NCBI GenBank assembly: GCA_030704615.1
Contig: CM060733.1
Location: 44,826,001 to 44,890,000, forward strand
DNA length: 64,000 nt
Origin: Takakia lepidozioides
Lineage: Eukaryota > Plantae > Bryophyta
Direction of reading: 5' to 3'
Shown: piece after piece, positions 1-12,916 of the stretch
Layout: each line of letters starts with the position of its first letter
How positions within the stretch are numbered: the stretch's first letter is position 1
Translations under genes and position numbers: made by a program
Notes under the pieces: generated by a model
The model's database searches: none
Told to the model about the DNA's origin: nothing
What the model saw: only the letters and a program-made list of their open reading frames with translations

Positions 1-786
1 CTATTCAGCTTAGCTAAACCCCATTCCGTCGCTAAAATCTTAATGCTCAGGATTTGTCGGTGCATTGGCATTCTTGGAATTGACCCCGCCCTACCAGGAT
101 CACTAAAATTATTTTTGATTCCCTGTTGACAGAAATGCTAGTGCACCATTCCAAAGTAATTAATTATTTAATTAGGCCTATGAGGACGTGTGAAACGAGG
201 CACCAGCTAACGAGGCACCAGCTATTCAGCTTAGCTAAACCCCATTCCGTCGCTAAAATCTTAATGCTCAGGATTTGTCGGTGCATTGGCATTCTTGGAA
301 TTGACCCCGCCCTACCAGGATCACTAAAATTATTTTCGATTCCCTGTTGACAGAAATGCTAGTGCACCATTCCAAAGTAATTAATTATTTAATTAAATAA
401 TAATATAATTAACTACTCTCTTTTTTTCTTTTTCTTTTTTCTTTTTTTCCACCAACAGGGATGAGAGGCCCTTGAAATTTATCAACAAGGGAAAAATTAA
501 ACCCTTACATATTGCCACTACTTTGGAATGATGCACTAGCATTTATGTCAACTGGGAATCAAAAATAATTTTAGTGATCATTGATTAATAACTTTGGGTG
601 CACTAGCGTTTCTGTCAACATCGAATCAAAAATAATTTTAGTGATCGTGGTAGGGCGCGACCAATTCAGCTCGATTCCAAGAACGCCAATGCACCGACGA
701 GTCCAGAGCGTTACGATTTTAGGGGTGTAATGGGAGCTGAATAGCTGGTGCCTCATTTCACCACATCCTCATTGGCCTAAGAATTG
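1..786. repeat. ~220-bp unit in tandem (1-180, 221-395) plus inverted copies (~515-580, ~590-780); foldback/MITE-like
   Basis: ctattcagcttagctaaacccc... starts at 1 and again at 221; gatcactaaaattatt...gtgcacc occurs reverse-complemented at ~520-580 and ~598-646. Confidence 0.8.
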
Positions 787-1041
787 GCCAAGTAATAGAT
801 GGGCCCTGGAGTTCAATGCGAGGGAGCCGGTTCAGCCAGCGTGGACCCCCCGCCACCACCGCCCGCACATGGCGCGGCAGCCCCTCCCCCGCCTCATGTT
901 CCCTCTTCCAGGACATGACACATGTCCTCTCACCCATCCCCATCCCACCTCCCATCCTCACCTCATGCATGGCATCGTCCTCCATCCCCCCCTGCATGCC
1001 TTCATCCTCCCCATGCCACATGCTTGCTTCCATTGCATACA
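787..1041 (+). repeat. Left TIR of MULE
   Basis: Diverged reverse complement of 16386-16636. Confidence 0.9.
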
Positions 1042-1769
1042 TGGTATCCCCAAACATACATCATGCCCTCAATTCAAATTCTCTGACATCTTTTCAAATT
1101 TTGAAATGGCAAATCTGAAGAAACGTTGGGATATATGCCACGTCGTCACATACACTGCCACCCCAATGGAGGGTTTTGCTACCCTCATCGTGCATTTCCT
1201 AGTAGCAATTCTCTCCATGTGTTTCTAGCTTGCCCACATGAATTGACAGCATTCCATTATACATGCCCAAAATATGAGTGCAAAAAGGCGCGTGTGAGGA
1301 TATGGCAGAGAAAGAAGACATTAACAAACTCAGAAGCGTCTTATTTCTATAAGCATGGCTAAAGAGGTTGAACATGGCAAGATTTTTCCCCACCTTCTTT
1401 CTAATCTGCAAAGTCAACTACAGACACCAAAGACAGGTACTTTCACACACCATGACTTGCAATAGAGGTCCCAATGGCATGGACAAATACCTGATGAGAA
1501 CATAGCTGAAATTGCACATATTCCTTGGAATTGGGTGGCGGACTTCATTGCTGGTGAGTCCTCCCAGAAGGAAGCCCAATGCACGTTCCGCACTCATCGA
1601 CAAAAAGGCACCCCTGCTTTGGACTCTCCAGGCACCACGCATGAATAGTGCCATGAACATTACAAGGTATGAATTCATCTTGAGCATGCTATGATTCATG
1701 AAAAATAAAATGAATGCTGCCACTATACAGATTCTATCCAAACCCACTAGCCATGCGCTTATGCTTTTC

Positions 1770-4198
1770 ATAAGAGCGGTTCTAAAAGGCCACTCATGTT
1801 TTTGGCGTAGGTATCACTGCGCCTATGCCCCACAAGACAATACCCTGAACACTGTGGAGGTAACAGAGGCTATGCTTGCGAAGAAATGGCGTGTAGGTCC
1901 ACCAAAGAAAAGGGGGAGAAAGACTACAGTGGGGCCAACATCCACAGGAAAAAAAACCTAAACAAAAAAGGATTACAAACAACAAAACATGAGAAGGCAT
2001 CAAAAGAGGATGCATGTGCCGATTTGTTGTCAAGCAATGCTACCTGGACCCTGCTATGGCAGAGATAATTTATTATGAGAAACAACATGTAAATGGAAGA
2101 GCTCAGATATGCCACGGATCTTCATGTCACTTGAACCGATGTGCAATGGCTCCCCATCTTAGTGATGACATGAAATCATGGATTTTGCACAATTTGCATA
2201 AACATAAACAAGATAATGGCCAAGCACACCATGCGAGTGAAGGAGTTGATGGAGCAAGGGCTGGACGTCGGCCGTGACACTTTTCTCCTCTCCCATGACA
2301 TACAGAATATTGCGAAGCGCGATGAAGAGACATTCAAAAAACACCCAAATGATGCACAGAGTGTCCGCATGTGGGTGCATGAAAATATGGCTAGTGTTTT
2401 CTACTACCAAGAAGGAAAGAACCACAAGGCTTGGACATCTAGTGACATCAAACTTGATCTTCCATTCGTTCTTGGCATGCAGACAATGTGGCAGCGAGAT
2501 CAAATGTTGAGATTTGGCCATCACCGAATTGTCGCAAGCGACGCCACCTTCAGAACTAATGAGAAGAAGGTGGGATCTGTCTTTTTACTTCATTGCAATC
2601 GTTGAAGCCAGGTTTAAGGTGTACTTGCCATACTGCATCCTCACATCGTACAAATCTCATACTCACTGCTTTCTCCATACAAATCTGCCTCAATTATTGT
2701 ACATTGATTGTTGTTTATGTAGTACCCATTATACACCATGATGGTATTCGACGAGTGGTTGAATGGAATCCCAGTTGCATTCATCATCACAGCAAGATCA
2801 AAGGCAATCGATTTGGAGCCATGAATGTCCGCACTGAACGGGAAGCTTCAGGCTCACCAGGCATGATGGTGCCCACATGCTTTCATTGTTGCTGATACAG
2901 ATGCTGAAATAAAAGCAATCAGGTGAATCCCGATTCGCAAGTCTTTGGAACTTTTTGGTTTTTTGCAAATCACCACATTATAATGTTGTCACAAGTCTTT
3001 CTATGTCAGGGCCGTGTGGGGGCAGTCTGCAGTTTTTCTATGCCTTTGGCATGTGAGGAGAGCATGGCAAAAGAATGTCGTATCTAAGATCAAAGATACA
3101 AATTTGCGTGCATGTGTCATGCAAGATATGTCAAAAATCATGTATAGTGCTGCAAAAAACAAATGTGACGCAAGTGAAGCATGGGCAGTGTACAAACTTG
3201 TGAATTTGCGTTTCAAGTACCCCACTGTAAGTGAATTTTGTGACTACTTAGAGCAGGAGTGGGTTCCTAAAACTAAGATGTAGATAATGGGTCTCGCAAC
3301 ATTCCACACGCAGGACAAGACACAAACGCCGTCATTGAAGCTTATCATGACAATCTGAAGACACGACTGAAATGCACAAAGAGCAAACTGATCAGCAGAC
3401 GAGTCGATTGGCTCATTCATGAACTCACAGGTGATTTGCTTACTCATTACTGGTATATGTCATATGCCAAAACATATGGCTTCATCCGCAACAAGCGACT
3501 TGAAGGCTTTGTGTGCAACTCTATTTTGCTTGCCAAACAGATTCCCGATTGCAATGTAAATCTTCCACATATAGAAGGGGCATCGCCACTGTCAAATGTA
3601 TTTGGGATGATGGGACTACCTATACGGTTCACAATCCACAGTCCAACTGGGGATGTTACAATTGTCGTCATGCTCGCAAAAGTAATATGTGTGCGCATCA
3701 GGTGAAGGTGTTGCAAATGTTGCACCCCAACTTAGAAGATGGCACCATAGCCAAATTCTATGGAAGCCTTATTGGGAGCAGTAGAGGTGGCCTTTATAGC
3801 TTGTTTGCACCACCTCAATCACCAGCTGACATGCTTTCCAAAGCACCCATGCGTCCTACCCAAAATGCATTACCATATTCTGCCCAGAAAAGTCCAGGAC
3901 TGGAATTACTGCCATTAATATCCAATGAGTTCGAGCGGGTTCTAGACATGACAAGACATAATAAGGTCTTGCAGCAACGGTTAGAGCAGCCAAAGAGAAA
4001 ATTTGTGACTTGACGTGCAGCATGGACAAGGGTATTCATCATCCCCAGGAAGACCCCACTCTCACTGAGGTTGACGATGGAGCAACCAACTCCCTTGTGA
4101 GATGGAAAGATTTTCTGGAGGCGCGCGGTAGAAAGCATCATGTGGCAAACCTGCCTGAACGGCAGAATGCAGCAAAGAGACAATTGTACGCATCTTGA
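1770..4198 (+). pseudogene. MULE transposase with SWIM zinc finger (introns, stops, frameshifts)
   Basis: Motifs ASDATFRTN, MMVFDEWLNGIPVAF, FLCLWHVRRAW (CxxH) and SWIM-like CYNCRHARKSNMCAH; GT-AG introns near 2570-2721 and 2923-3010; boundaries approximate. Confidence 0.85.
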
Positions 4199-5019
4199 TG
4201 CACATGGAGGTGGGGGGGGGGGGGGGGGGGGAGTTCATCATGCTCCTAGTGTGCAATACCCTGTTTGTTATTTGACCACAATGACATTGGTCCCAACATT
4301 TGCAATCCTATTGTTTCCATGACATGCCATGCTTCATGTATATGTTTTGTTCTCAATGCTATGACTTTGTCTTCCGAAATTGTGTGGATATGCAAGCTAC
4401 AATTACCATACATGTATGAAGTGGTTAGTGTTGAATCATGAAGGCGTGTTGATATGAAATTGCATGGATTCTGGACTGTGTTTGGTGTTAATTTTGCATG
4501 TCATGGCATGTCCAATGTATTCTTCCCACAGGGTGTTGTATTCATTTCAAAATATGTGTCGTCCTTCAATGACAAGGTTTGTACCATGACTCCCTATCAG
4601 ACTTTGCATGTCATGCCTCCTCCCGTGAGTGCAAGTATGACGGTGTTGGCCTACATATCAAAAGCAATTGCTACATACATGACTTCTACACTAGTCATGT
4701 TGCAAATACCCCAATTCCATGCTCATCATAAGCCTCAACAATGGATACTACCTTGTAGACTTTGGCACATGCAACCACATTGCAAAAATAGCCGGGATAC
4801 ATGACATAATTTGCCTCAAACATCCTGAAACCATGTACATTACATTGTTCCATGTGCATCCTACGTAGTGGTAGAGTGGCCACCTCGAAGGCTGGCTGAT
4901 AGACGTCTGCTTACACGCATTTCAGCCATGGAAACATGGACATGCAGGGGGAAACATGGGGAAATAGGGACATGCATACAATGCAACGTGCATGAGAAGA
5001 GGAACCCTGAAACCTTTCA

Positions 5020-5385
5020 TCCATGTCAACCCTATGCATATTATCATCCCGTATTCAGGCCGTCACCATTCATCCCATTCTGGAAATGCATAGGAATCCT
5101 ATGCATGTTATCATCCGATATTTCGTTGTCACCATTCATCCCATTCATCCAATCCATTTCAACCCTATCCATCTTTCATCTGTATTTTGTCGTCATTATT
5201 CATCCCATTCATATTTCATCCATATTGCGCCGTCACCATTCATCCCATTCAACACATTCATATCATCGTATCCATGTTATCATCCGTATTTGACGTCACC
5301 ATTCATCCCATTCATCCCATCCATTCCAACCTTATCCATGTTTCATCCATATTTCATCGTCACCATTCATCCCATTCATCCCGTG
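5020..5385. repeat. Degenerate tandem repeat rich in caccattcatcccattcatcc
   Basis: Motif recurs about six times at ~50-70-bp spacing. Confidence 0.75.
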
Positions 5386-8300
5386 AGAAGAAAACTGTGG
5401 ATGCACTGCATAAAGTGAAGAACTGTTGTGGGCACTCTATAGGGTAAGGGCATCCACCACTGTGTAAGGGCATTCACCATTCCACCAGGGTAAGGCCCCG
5501 ATATGAAAGATAACAACGCTCTGTACTATCCCATGTTACATACCACTTCTTTTCACTGGACCTAGGAAGATTATGAGTATGCACTTACATTATAATGAAG
5601 GAACACATGCAAGCAAGATTTTCATGAGTTACAACAGATTTGGCCTCCTCAGTTCTGTGTGCAGATTGCCATGTGCCAACCTACATACACTGATTGGCTC
5701 ATTCATAAAACTTTACTTTGTAGAGTGAAAAAATAGTGTGTACATCATAATGCTGGCTCATCTTTCAGACATAGTATGGTTGGCCATGGCAGGCACTCTG
5801 CACTTCGAGTGAAACAGTACGGCATATTTCCATCTTCTTCACGACAGCCTCATTCACCGGAAACCAATGCTTGTTCAGCTGCAGAAACAAACCGACAAGG
5901 GTACCGTTTACTGAAAAGTAATGAGCATGTGATTAAGTGTAAGCCAGTAGGAAAGAGAACAAATGCAGATGAAAAGTGAGAAACGTACCGGCCCAACACC
6001 TCCTGCTCGTGGTTGTACAAATGTTTGATTCAAGTAAACATCTATGTAATGTGTCGTAAAGCAACCACACTCCCAAGTAGAGACCTGTTGGGGGACAGGG
6101 GGATACAACCACAGGCGGGGGGCAGTGGCGTTCTTCCATTGGAGGCTCGGGGGTAGAAATCCTCTGGAAAGTGCCCAGAAACGTGCAAACAAATGCTTCA
6201 GTATACTGTGAGTATGTGACCTTTTGACACTATTTAAATGGAAGTACCTCTCCCTTCCAAAATGACGGCACTCTAGTGCGATCTGCACATAACAATTGCA
6301 AACAGCGGCATTAAAACATGAATGCACTCATAACACTGAGAATATAACACCGGTGTGTGATATAGGGTAGCCTGCAGCAGAGTACGTACGTATATATAAC
6401 AAGAATAATCATGGCCTCCACCCCCATCACACTGAAGGTAAGGAAAGCGTTCTTGCATCCACTGTAGAATAGAACGAGCACCCGCACCGGATTCCTTGTA
6501 GTGGTCATGAAGGCATATCCAGGTAAAACTATCAAGAAGACGTATCTTATTTCTTACATGGACGGGAAGGGACAGTAATTTCATTCGCAAATAGAAATCC
6601 ATGACTCTGTCATTGTCCACCCCTTGGGGTTAATCAAGAGATTTGCGTCGTCTAGTCTAAAGGCGATATTGGGGCCTACACAGTTCTGGAAAAACTAGAC
6701 GTTTGATGTTTGTTTTACTTCTGCACCAGCTGATATCCTGGAGACATACACCATCACGATACATGTCAAACGCCTGCACAGTGGCAAGTAAAGTGCATAA
6801 TGCAAAAGATTACCATTTGAAATAAACGAAATATGACGATTGTTGACTCACAACGCTTTTTTCAGCCCTTCATGAAGCCTGCAATGACATACAACACGTT
6901 CATGTCAGAAAAAGTATGTCGGCAAAGGGGTTGCCCAAGCAGAGGTAGGATATATAGAATTGTCAGGTGCAAAAAGAGGGCATTCAGTACTAACGGGGAT
7001 GTGTGTAAATGAGGAGGCTCCGACTCCATCTTCTCTTCTGTTGTGTGGACTGTGCGCCATGAAACAATATCCGCAGACACACTCATTGATGCTCCTATGG
7101 TGCCCACCTCACTGCCACGGACACCTGTCAATGTTGGCCAAGGCAGAGCTCTGGGTGAAGGAGCTCCGAGGGCGTTCCTTCCTCCAAAAACGAACAAAGG
7201 GTTCGCAGACTATACAAGGGGTTTGGATGACACCATTTGTGTTACTGCATGCACCATAACAGGCACAATGAAGTGTGTGTCAGAATGATCCCTACTGCCC
7301 AAGGGGGCGAGGCTGTTCAAACATGCATGTGTAGTGTTGTTGGGCGCATGTACTGCAGGCAAGTGCACCTGTTCAGTCACAACCTCGCTTGAATGCAATT
7401 CGATTTCCATTTGAGTAAGAGCACCTGGTCAGTGGCATTAATGCCAAGGAGGGTAAGGTCTGTGGCGGCGGTGTCATGGTTATACAGACAACCGTCATGT
7501 ACATGGTCGGGCTTCGCTGCATCGTCGGCCCCAATGTGTTCATGTGCAAGCTTCCCGTCCACTCCAGGTGTGGGCTCAGTGTCTTGCAACAGCTCTGTTG
7601 GTGACCCGAACATCGGAGAAGTAGACGTGATTGGAAGGGGCTAATTGTGAGCACACTGCACGATACCACAATCTACTTCATCAGAAGGCAAAGCGTGAGG
7701 GGGTGTTGTGACTTCACCATACTGGAAGTCAAAACCTTTCATTCGGGAATGATCGAGGTTGCATCTAATATACCCCACCCGCTGCACATCAGTAATTGTA
7801 GCCATGTACGCAGCCTGCAATGCTTCATTCCCATGGTCCACATCACCTACAAAATGAACAAAACAAACAATGAGTATAATGGCTCTATGTAAACAATGCA
7901 CGGCATATGCAAGGCAAATGCATTCACGTAAAGATGGGAACAATATCACCTTCCGTGCTGAAAATCCAGCCCATGTCAATGTCTTCACGGTGTTTCAGGG
8001 TATTCCACTAGAAGAGAAACCGGCTTTTTCCACGGCTCTGCCATCTCACACTTGGCACATTCCACGGCTTTTATCACGGGTCTATACACTGAGCCAAGGT
8101 GTGGGTCTAAATATGCCCTAACTGTGGGGTGTCTCACATGTGGTCCACACCCCAGGCAAGAACGGTGTGAAAACAGCCATGAGCGTGGCAGGGGTTGGCT
8201 TAGTTTACATGGCATGTTACACACCTGTGTGAAATGGGAACATACAATTATTTCCACTGATTGTGGTGTATGGGGAGTTTGAGAATGATGCCCTTGGAAA

Positions 8301-8989
8301 ATGATTATGAACTTCATGTTCATGTTTAGAAATCTGCACGATGGGCTACTAGCAAGTGAAGAATACACCCCATTTTCAATCTCTCCATTATGAAGTCTAT
8401 AATGCCCTTGGTGAAATGAGCATGGGGATCGCATTCAAAGGTGGCCCCGTTCCGTTGCAACCTATGACACAACTAGGACAAATAGATTTACACTTTTTGC
8501 CACAAATCACTTGCATCATCCTTACGTTGAACTCCTTGTTTATGTAACATGCTTGGACTTTGTCATCTCACACATCAAAGAAAAAACTAGAATATTTCAA
8601 AAAAATCCTAACCTAAAAATCCTAACCTAAATTTACTAACAAGTGTTCAAACCAGCCCAATGGTAATATATTTTATTACCATTATCAAATGTTTGTCTAC
8701 GTGGTGTTTTGGTTTTCTAGACAAGTCTAGTAGCAGGACTTTCGCCTCTTGCCGTTCTTGGGAGAGTTAGCTTGGTCATAGCAGGCCGTGTTTCAATCTC
8801 TGCCTACTCAGCTACACCGTGGTGGTTCGATCTCACAGACCAATCCGACATTACCTGACTACAGACACAAGCAGCACACACAAGAGGTCCTTTTGGGTTG
8901 ATGGTCGGTCAAGTCATGACACAACCTCAAGGACAATGTGGTGAGGGCATCTTCTTCTTTGACCTATTTCAACCTGTTTTGCCCTCTCA

Positions 8990-11270
8990 CATCATGTTTG
9001 TGTGCATTGCAATGCTTGTGCAAAGCCTGGCAACCCTTGAGAAGGGCAAAGAGGTGCATGGGGATATCATCAAAACTGGAATTGTACCTAATGTCATTCT
9101 AAACACTGCCCTGGCAGCTTTGGAAAAGGGGAAGGACGTCCGTGGTGACATCTTCAGAGCTGGAATTGTACCAAATGTCATTCTGAACAATACCCTAGTG
9201 GACATGTATGCAAAATGTGGGTGCATCGGGGATGCAAAGGGAGTGTTCAACACTATGGCTGAACGAGATGTGGTGTCGTGGAGTGCGATGCTTACATGGT
9301 ATGCACAACAAGGACATGGGATGGAGGCTTTGGAGACCTATGAGCAAATGATGGGGGAAGGGGTCCAGCCCGGCCACATTATGTTTGTATGCATTGCAGG
9401 CCTGGCAGCCCTGGAGAAGGGCAAAGAGGTGCATGGGGATATCATCAAAGCTGGAATTGTACCTAATGTCATTCGAAACATTGCATTGGCAGCTCCATGG
9501 TGACACCTTCAGAGCTGGAATTGTACCAAATGTCATTTTGAACTATACCCTAGTGGACATGTATGCAAAATGTGGGTGCATCGGGGATGCAAATGGAGTG
9601 TTCAACACTATGGCTGAACGAGATGTGGTGTCGTGGAGTGCGATGCTTGCAGGGTATGCACAGCAGGGACGTGGGATGGAGGCTTTGGAGTCCTATGAGC
9701 AAATGATGGGGGAAGAGGTTCAGCCCGGCCACATCATGTTTGTATGCATTGCAAGCCTGGCAGCCCTGGAGAAGGGCAAAGAGGTGCATGGGGATATCAT
9801 CAAAGCTGGAATTGTACCTAATGTCATTCGAAACACTGCCCTAGCAGCTCTGGAAAAGGGGAAGGAGGTCCATGGTGACACCTTCAGAGCTGGAATTGTA
9901 CCAAATGTCATTTTGAACAATACCCTAGTGGACATGTATGCAAAATGTGGGCGCATCGGGGATGCAAATGGAGTGTTCAACACTATGGCTGAACGAGATG
10001 TGGTGTCGTGGAGTGCGATGCTTACAGGGTATGCACAGCAGGGATGTGGGATGGAGGCTTTGGAGACCTATGAGCAAATGATAGGGGAAGGGGTCCAGCC
10101 CAGCCACATCATGTTTGTATGCATTGTAGGCCTAGCAGCCCTGGAGAAGGGTAAAGAGGTGCATGGGGATATCATCGAAGCTGGAATTGTACCTAATGTC
10201 ATTCCATACACTGCCCTGGCAGCTCTGGAAAAAGGGAAGGAGGTCCGTGGTGACATCTTCAGAGCTGGAATTGTACCAAATGTCATTCTGAAGAATACCC
10301 TAGTGGACATGTATGCAAAATGTGGGTGCATCGAGGATGCAAAGGGAGTGTTCAACACTATGGCTAAACGAGATGTGGTGTCGTGGAGTGCGATGCTTAC
10401 AGGGTATGCACAACAGGGACGTGAGATGGAGGCTTTGGAGACCTATGAGCAACTGAAGGGGGAAGGGGTCCAACCCGGCCACATCATGTTTGTATGCATT
10501 GCAAGCCTGGCAGCCCTTGAGAAGGGCAAAGAGGTGCATGGGGATATCATCAAAGCTGGAATTGTACCTAATGTCATTCGAAACACTGCCCTAGCAGCTC
10601 TGGAAAAGGGGAAGGAGGTCCATGGTGACACCTTCAGAGCTGGAATTGTACCAAATGTCATTTTGAACAATACCCTAGTGGACATGTATGCAAAATGTGG
10701 GTGCATCGGGGATGCAAATGGAGTGTTCAACACTATGGCTGAACGAGATGTGGTGTCGTGGAGTGCGATGCTTGCAGGGTATGCACAGCAGGGATGTGGG
10801 ATGGAGGCTTTGGAGTCCTATGAGCAAATGATAGGGGAGGAGGTTCAGCCCGGCCACATCATGTTTGTATGCATTGCAAGCCTGGCATCCCTGGAGAAGA
10901 GCAAAGAGGTGCATGGGGATATCATCAAAGCTGGAATTGTACCTAATGTCATTCGAAACACTGCCCTGGCAGCTCTGGAAAAGGGGAAGGAGGTCCATGG
11001 TGACACCTTCAGAGCTGGAATTGTACCAAATGTCATTTTGAACAATACCCTAATGGACATGTATGCAAAATGTGGGTGCATCGGGGATGCAAATGGAGTG
11101 TTCAACACTATGGCTGAACGAGATGTGGTGTCGTGGAGTGCGATGCTTACAGGGTATGCACAGCAGGGACGTGGGATGGAGGCTTTGGAGACCTATGAGC
11201 AAATGATGGGGGAAGGGGTTCAGCCCGGCCACATCATGTTTGTGTGCATTGCAGGCCTGGCAGCCCTGAT
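8990..11270 (+). repeat. ~6 tandem 375-bp (125-aa) PLS-type PPR units forming a long ORF (9385-11274)
   Basis: LVDMYAKCG...AERDVVSWSAML..YAQQG.GMEALE.YEQM repeats with a 375-nt period; no E/DYW domain. Confidence 0.9.
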
Positions 11271-12720
11271 TTAAATCAGGCACCTCAACCATACCACAAC
11301 TTCTAAAAGAGGATCAAGAGAGGGAGTCCATAATGCCTCTTCTTGCTCTTCTAGGCATGTGAAGATGCTTTGTGAGGCAGGCAGATTGAAAGAGGCTCTA
11401 CAACCTTTAAACCAAGGAGCATTTCAGTCACATTATCCAAAGTGGATTCACACCAAGTGTTTCTCTCCTCAACCCCCTTGTGAACATGTATGTTAAGTGC
11501 AGGAGCATCATGAATGCACACCGAGTGTTCAACGGAATGCCTCAACGAACTTTGATCACGTTGAATATAATGTTGGCAGGATTTAACATGGGTGTGGTAG
11601 GAATGCTTTGGAGACCTATGAGCAATTGCTGCGCGAAGGGGTGAAGCCCAACCACATCACATTTGTTTGTAATGCATGTGCAAGCCTGGGAGCTCTGGAA
11701 AAGGGCAAAGAGGTCCATGGTGACATCGTCAAATCTGGAATTGTACCCAATGTCATTCTGAACACTGCCCTGGTAGGACTGCATGGATGCCAAATGTGGG
11801 TGCATCGAGGATGCAAATGAAATGTTTGACAGTATGGCTGAACGAGATGTGGTGTCGTGGAGTGCGATGATTTCAGGATATGCACAGCAAAGGCACGGAT
11901 GGAGGCTTTGAAGACCTATGAGCAATGATGCGGGAAGGGGTGATTCCCCGTGGAAAAACAGCTCCAAGAAACCTGCATGGGTAGATGGTCAACTGGAAGC
12001 CGCAGCAGCAGCGGCACAATTGATAAAATCAGACAATGCTAATCAAGGCACCTTCTTCAACCCATTTCACTCTGTTTTCCCCTCTTATCAGAATCGCCCT
12101 AAATTTTCATGTTTTAAGAATTCTGCAAGTTAGCTGGTTGAGTGAGTCTTTGATAGTTTGGAGTGACTTTGACATGATACTGCCAAAGTGACAATAGGAA
12201 AGTATCCAGAAATAGGTAACAGAGAGGAGAAGCTCTGGAATGAATACTTTTCTGACCCCAGTCAATGTTGGGACAACCGTCTTGGAAGGTAAATGCCTTT
12301 GGATTACGGAGTGGTAGATGCAATTGAGAATATGAACTGGTGTGATAAGATGAGTTGGGTGTTTGCTAGAACAAATCTAGGCTGCCATTCTCAGCTGCTA
12401 ACAACAATGCAATGATGTATGCATGATCTGTGCAGAGGCATGGATAGCTGAAGGAGTAGGGATAGAGTGTCATCCAAGAGGGCCAAATTTCAAGCTCCAG
12501 ATTACTTATGATTCCCTGTGGAGGGTTAGCTACAAGAAACCTGCCTGGGTAGATGGTACATAGTTTGGAGTGATTTTGACATGATACTACCAAAGTGACA
12601 ATAGGAAAGTATCCAGAAACATGTAACAGAGATGAGGAGAAGTTGTGGAATGAATGCTTTTCTGACCGCAGTCAAGGGTGGGACAACTGAGGGAAAAAGG
12701 TGAATGTCTATTAGATTACA
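11270..12720 (+). pseudogene. Scrambled fragments of a PLS-PPR gene (N-terminal/5' region and repeats) plus a ~160-bp direct duplication (from ~12155 and ~12560)
   Basis: 11270-11430, 11960-12035 and 12440-12560 resemble the reverse complement of parts of 54780-55090, in permuted order. Confidence 0.8.
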
Positions 12721-12881
12721 GAGAGTATGAAACGCAACTCAGCATAGACACTAAGGCAAACTCTCCTTCCCTGCAAAGGGTGTGTTTTGGTATCTGAGCG
12801 AATAAATATAATTTCTAAAAACGTAATTTCAATATTTTGTTATTTAATAATATTCTCATCCAGGACACTGTCCATTTTTCC

Positions 12882-12916
<35 letters not shown>

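Noticed and set aside
9385-11274. 629-aa ORF as a normal editing factor
   Set aside because: No targeting peptide or E/DYW domain, aberrant repeat unit, and located inside a CACTA
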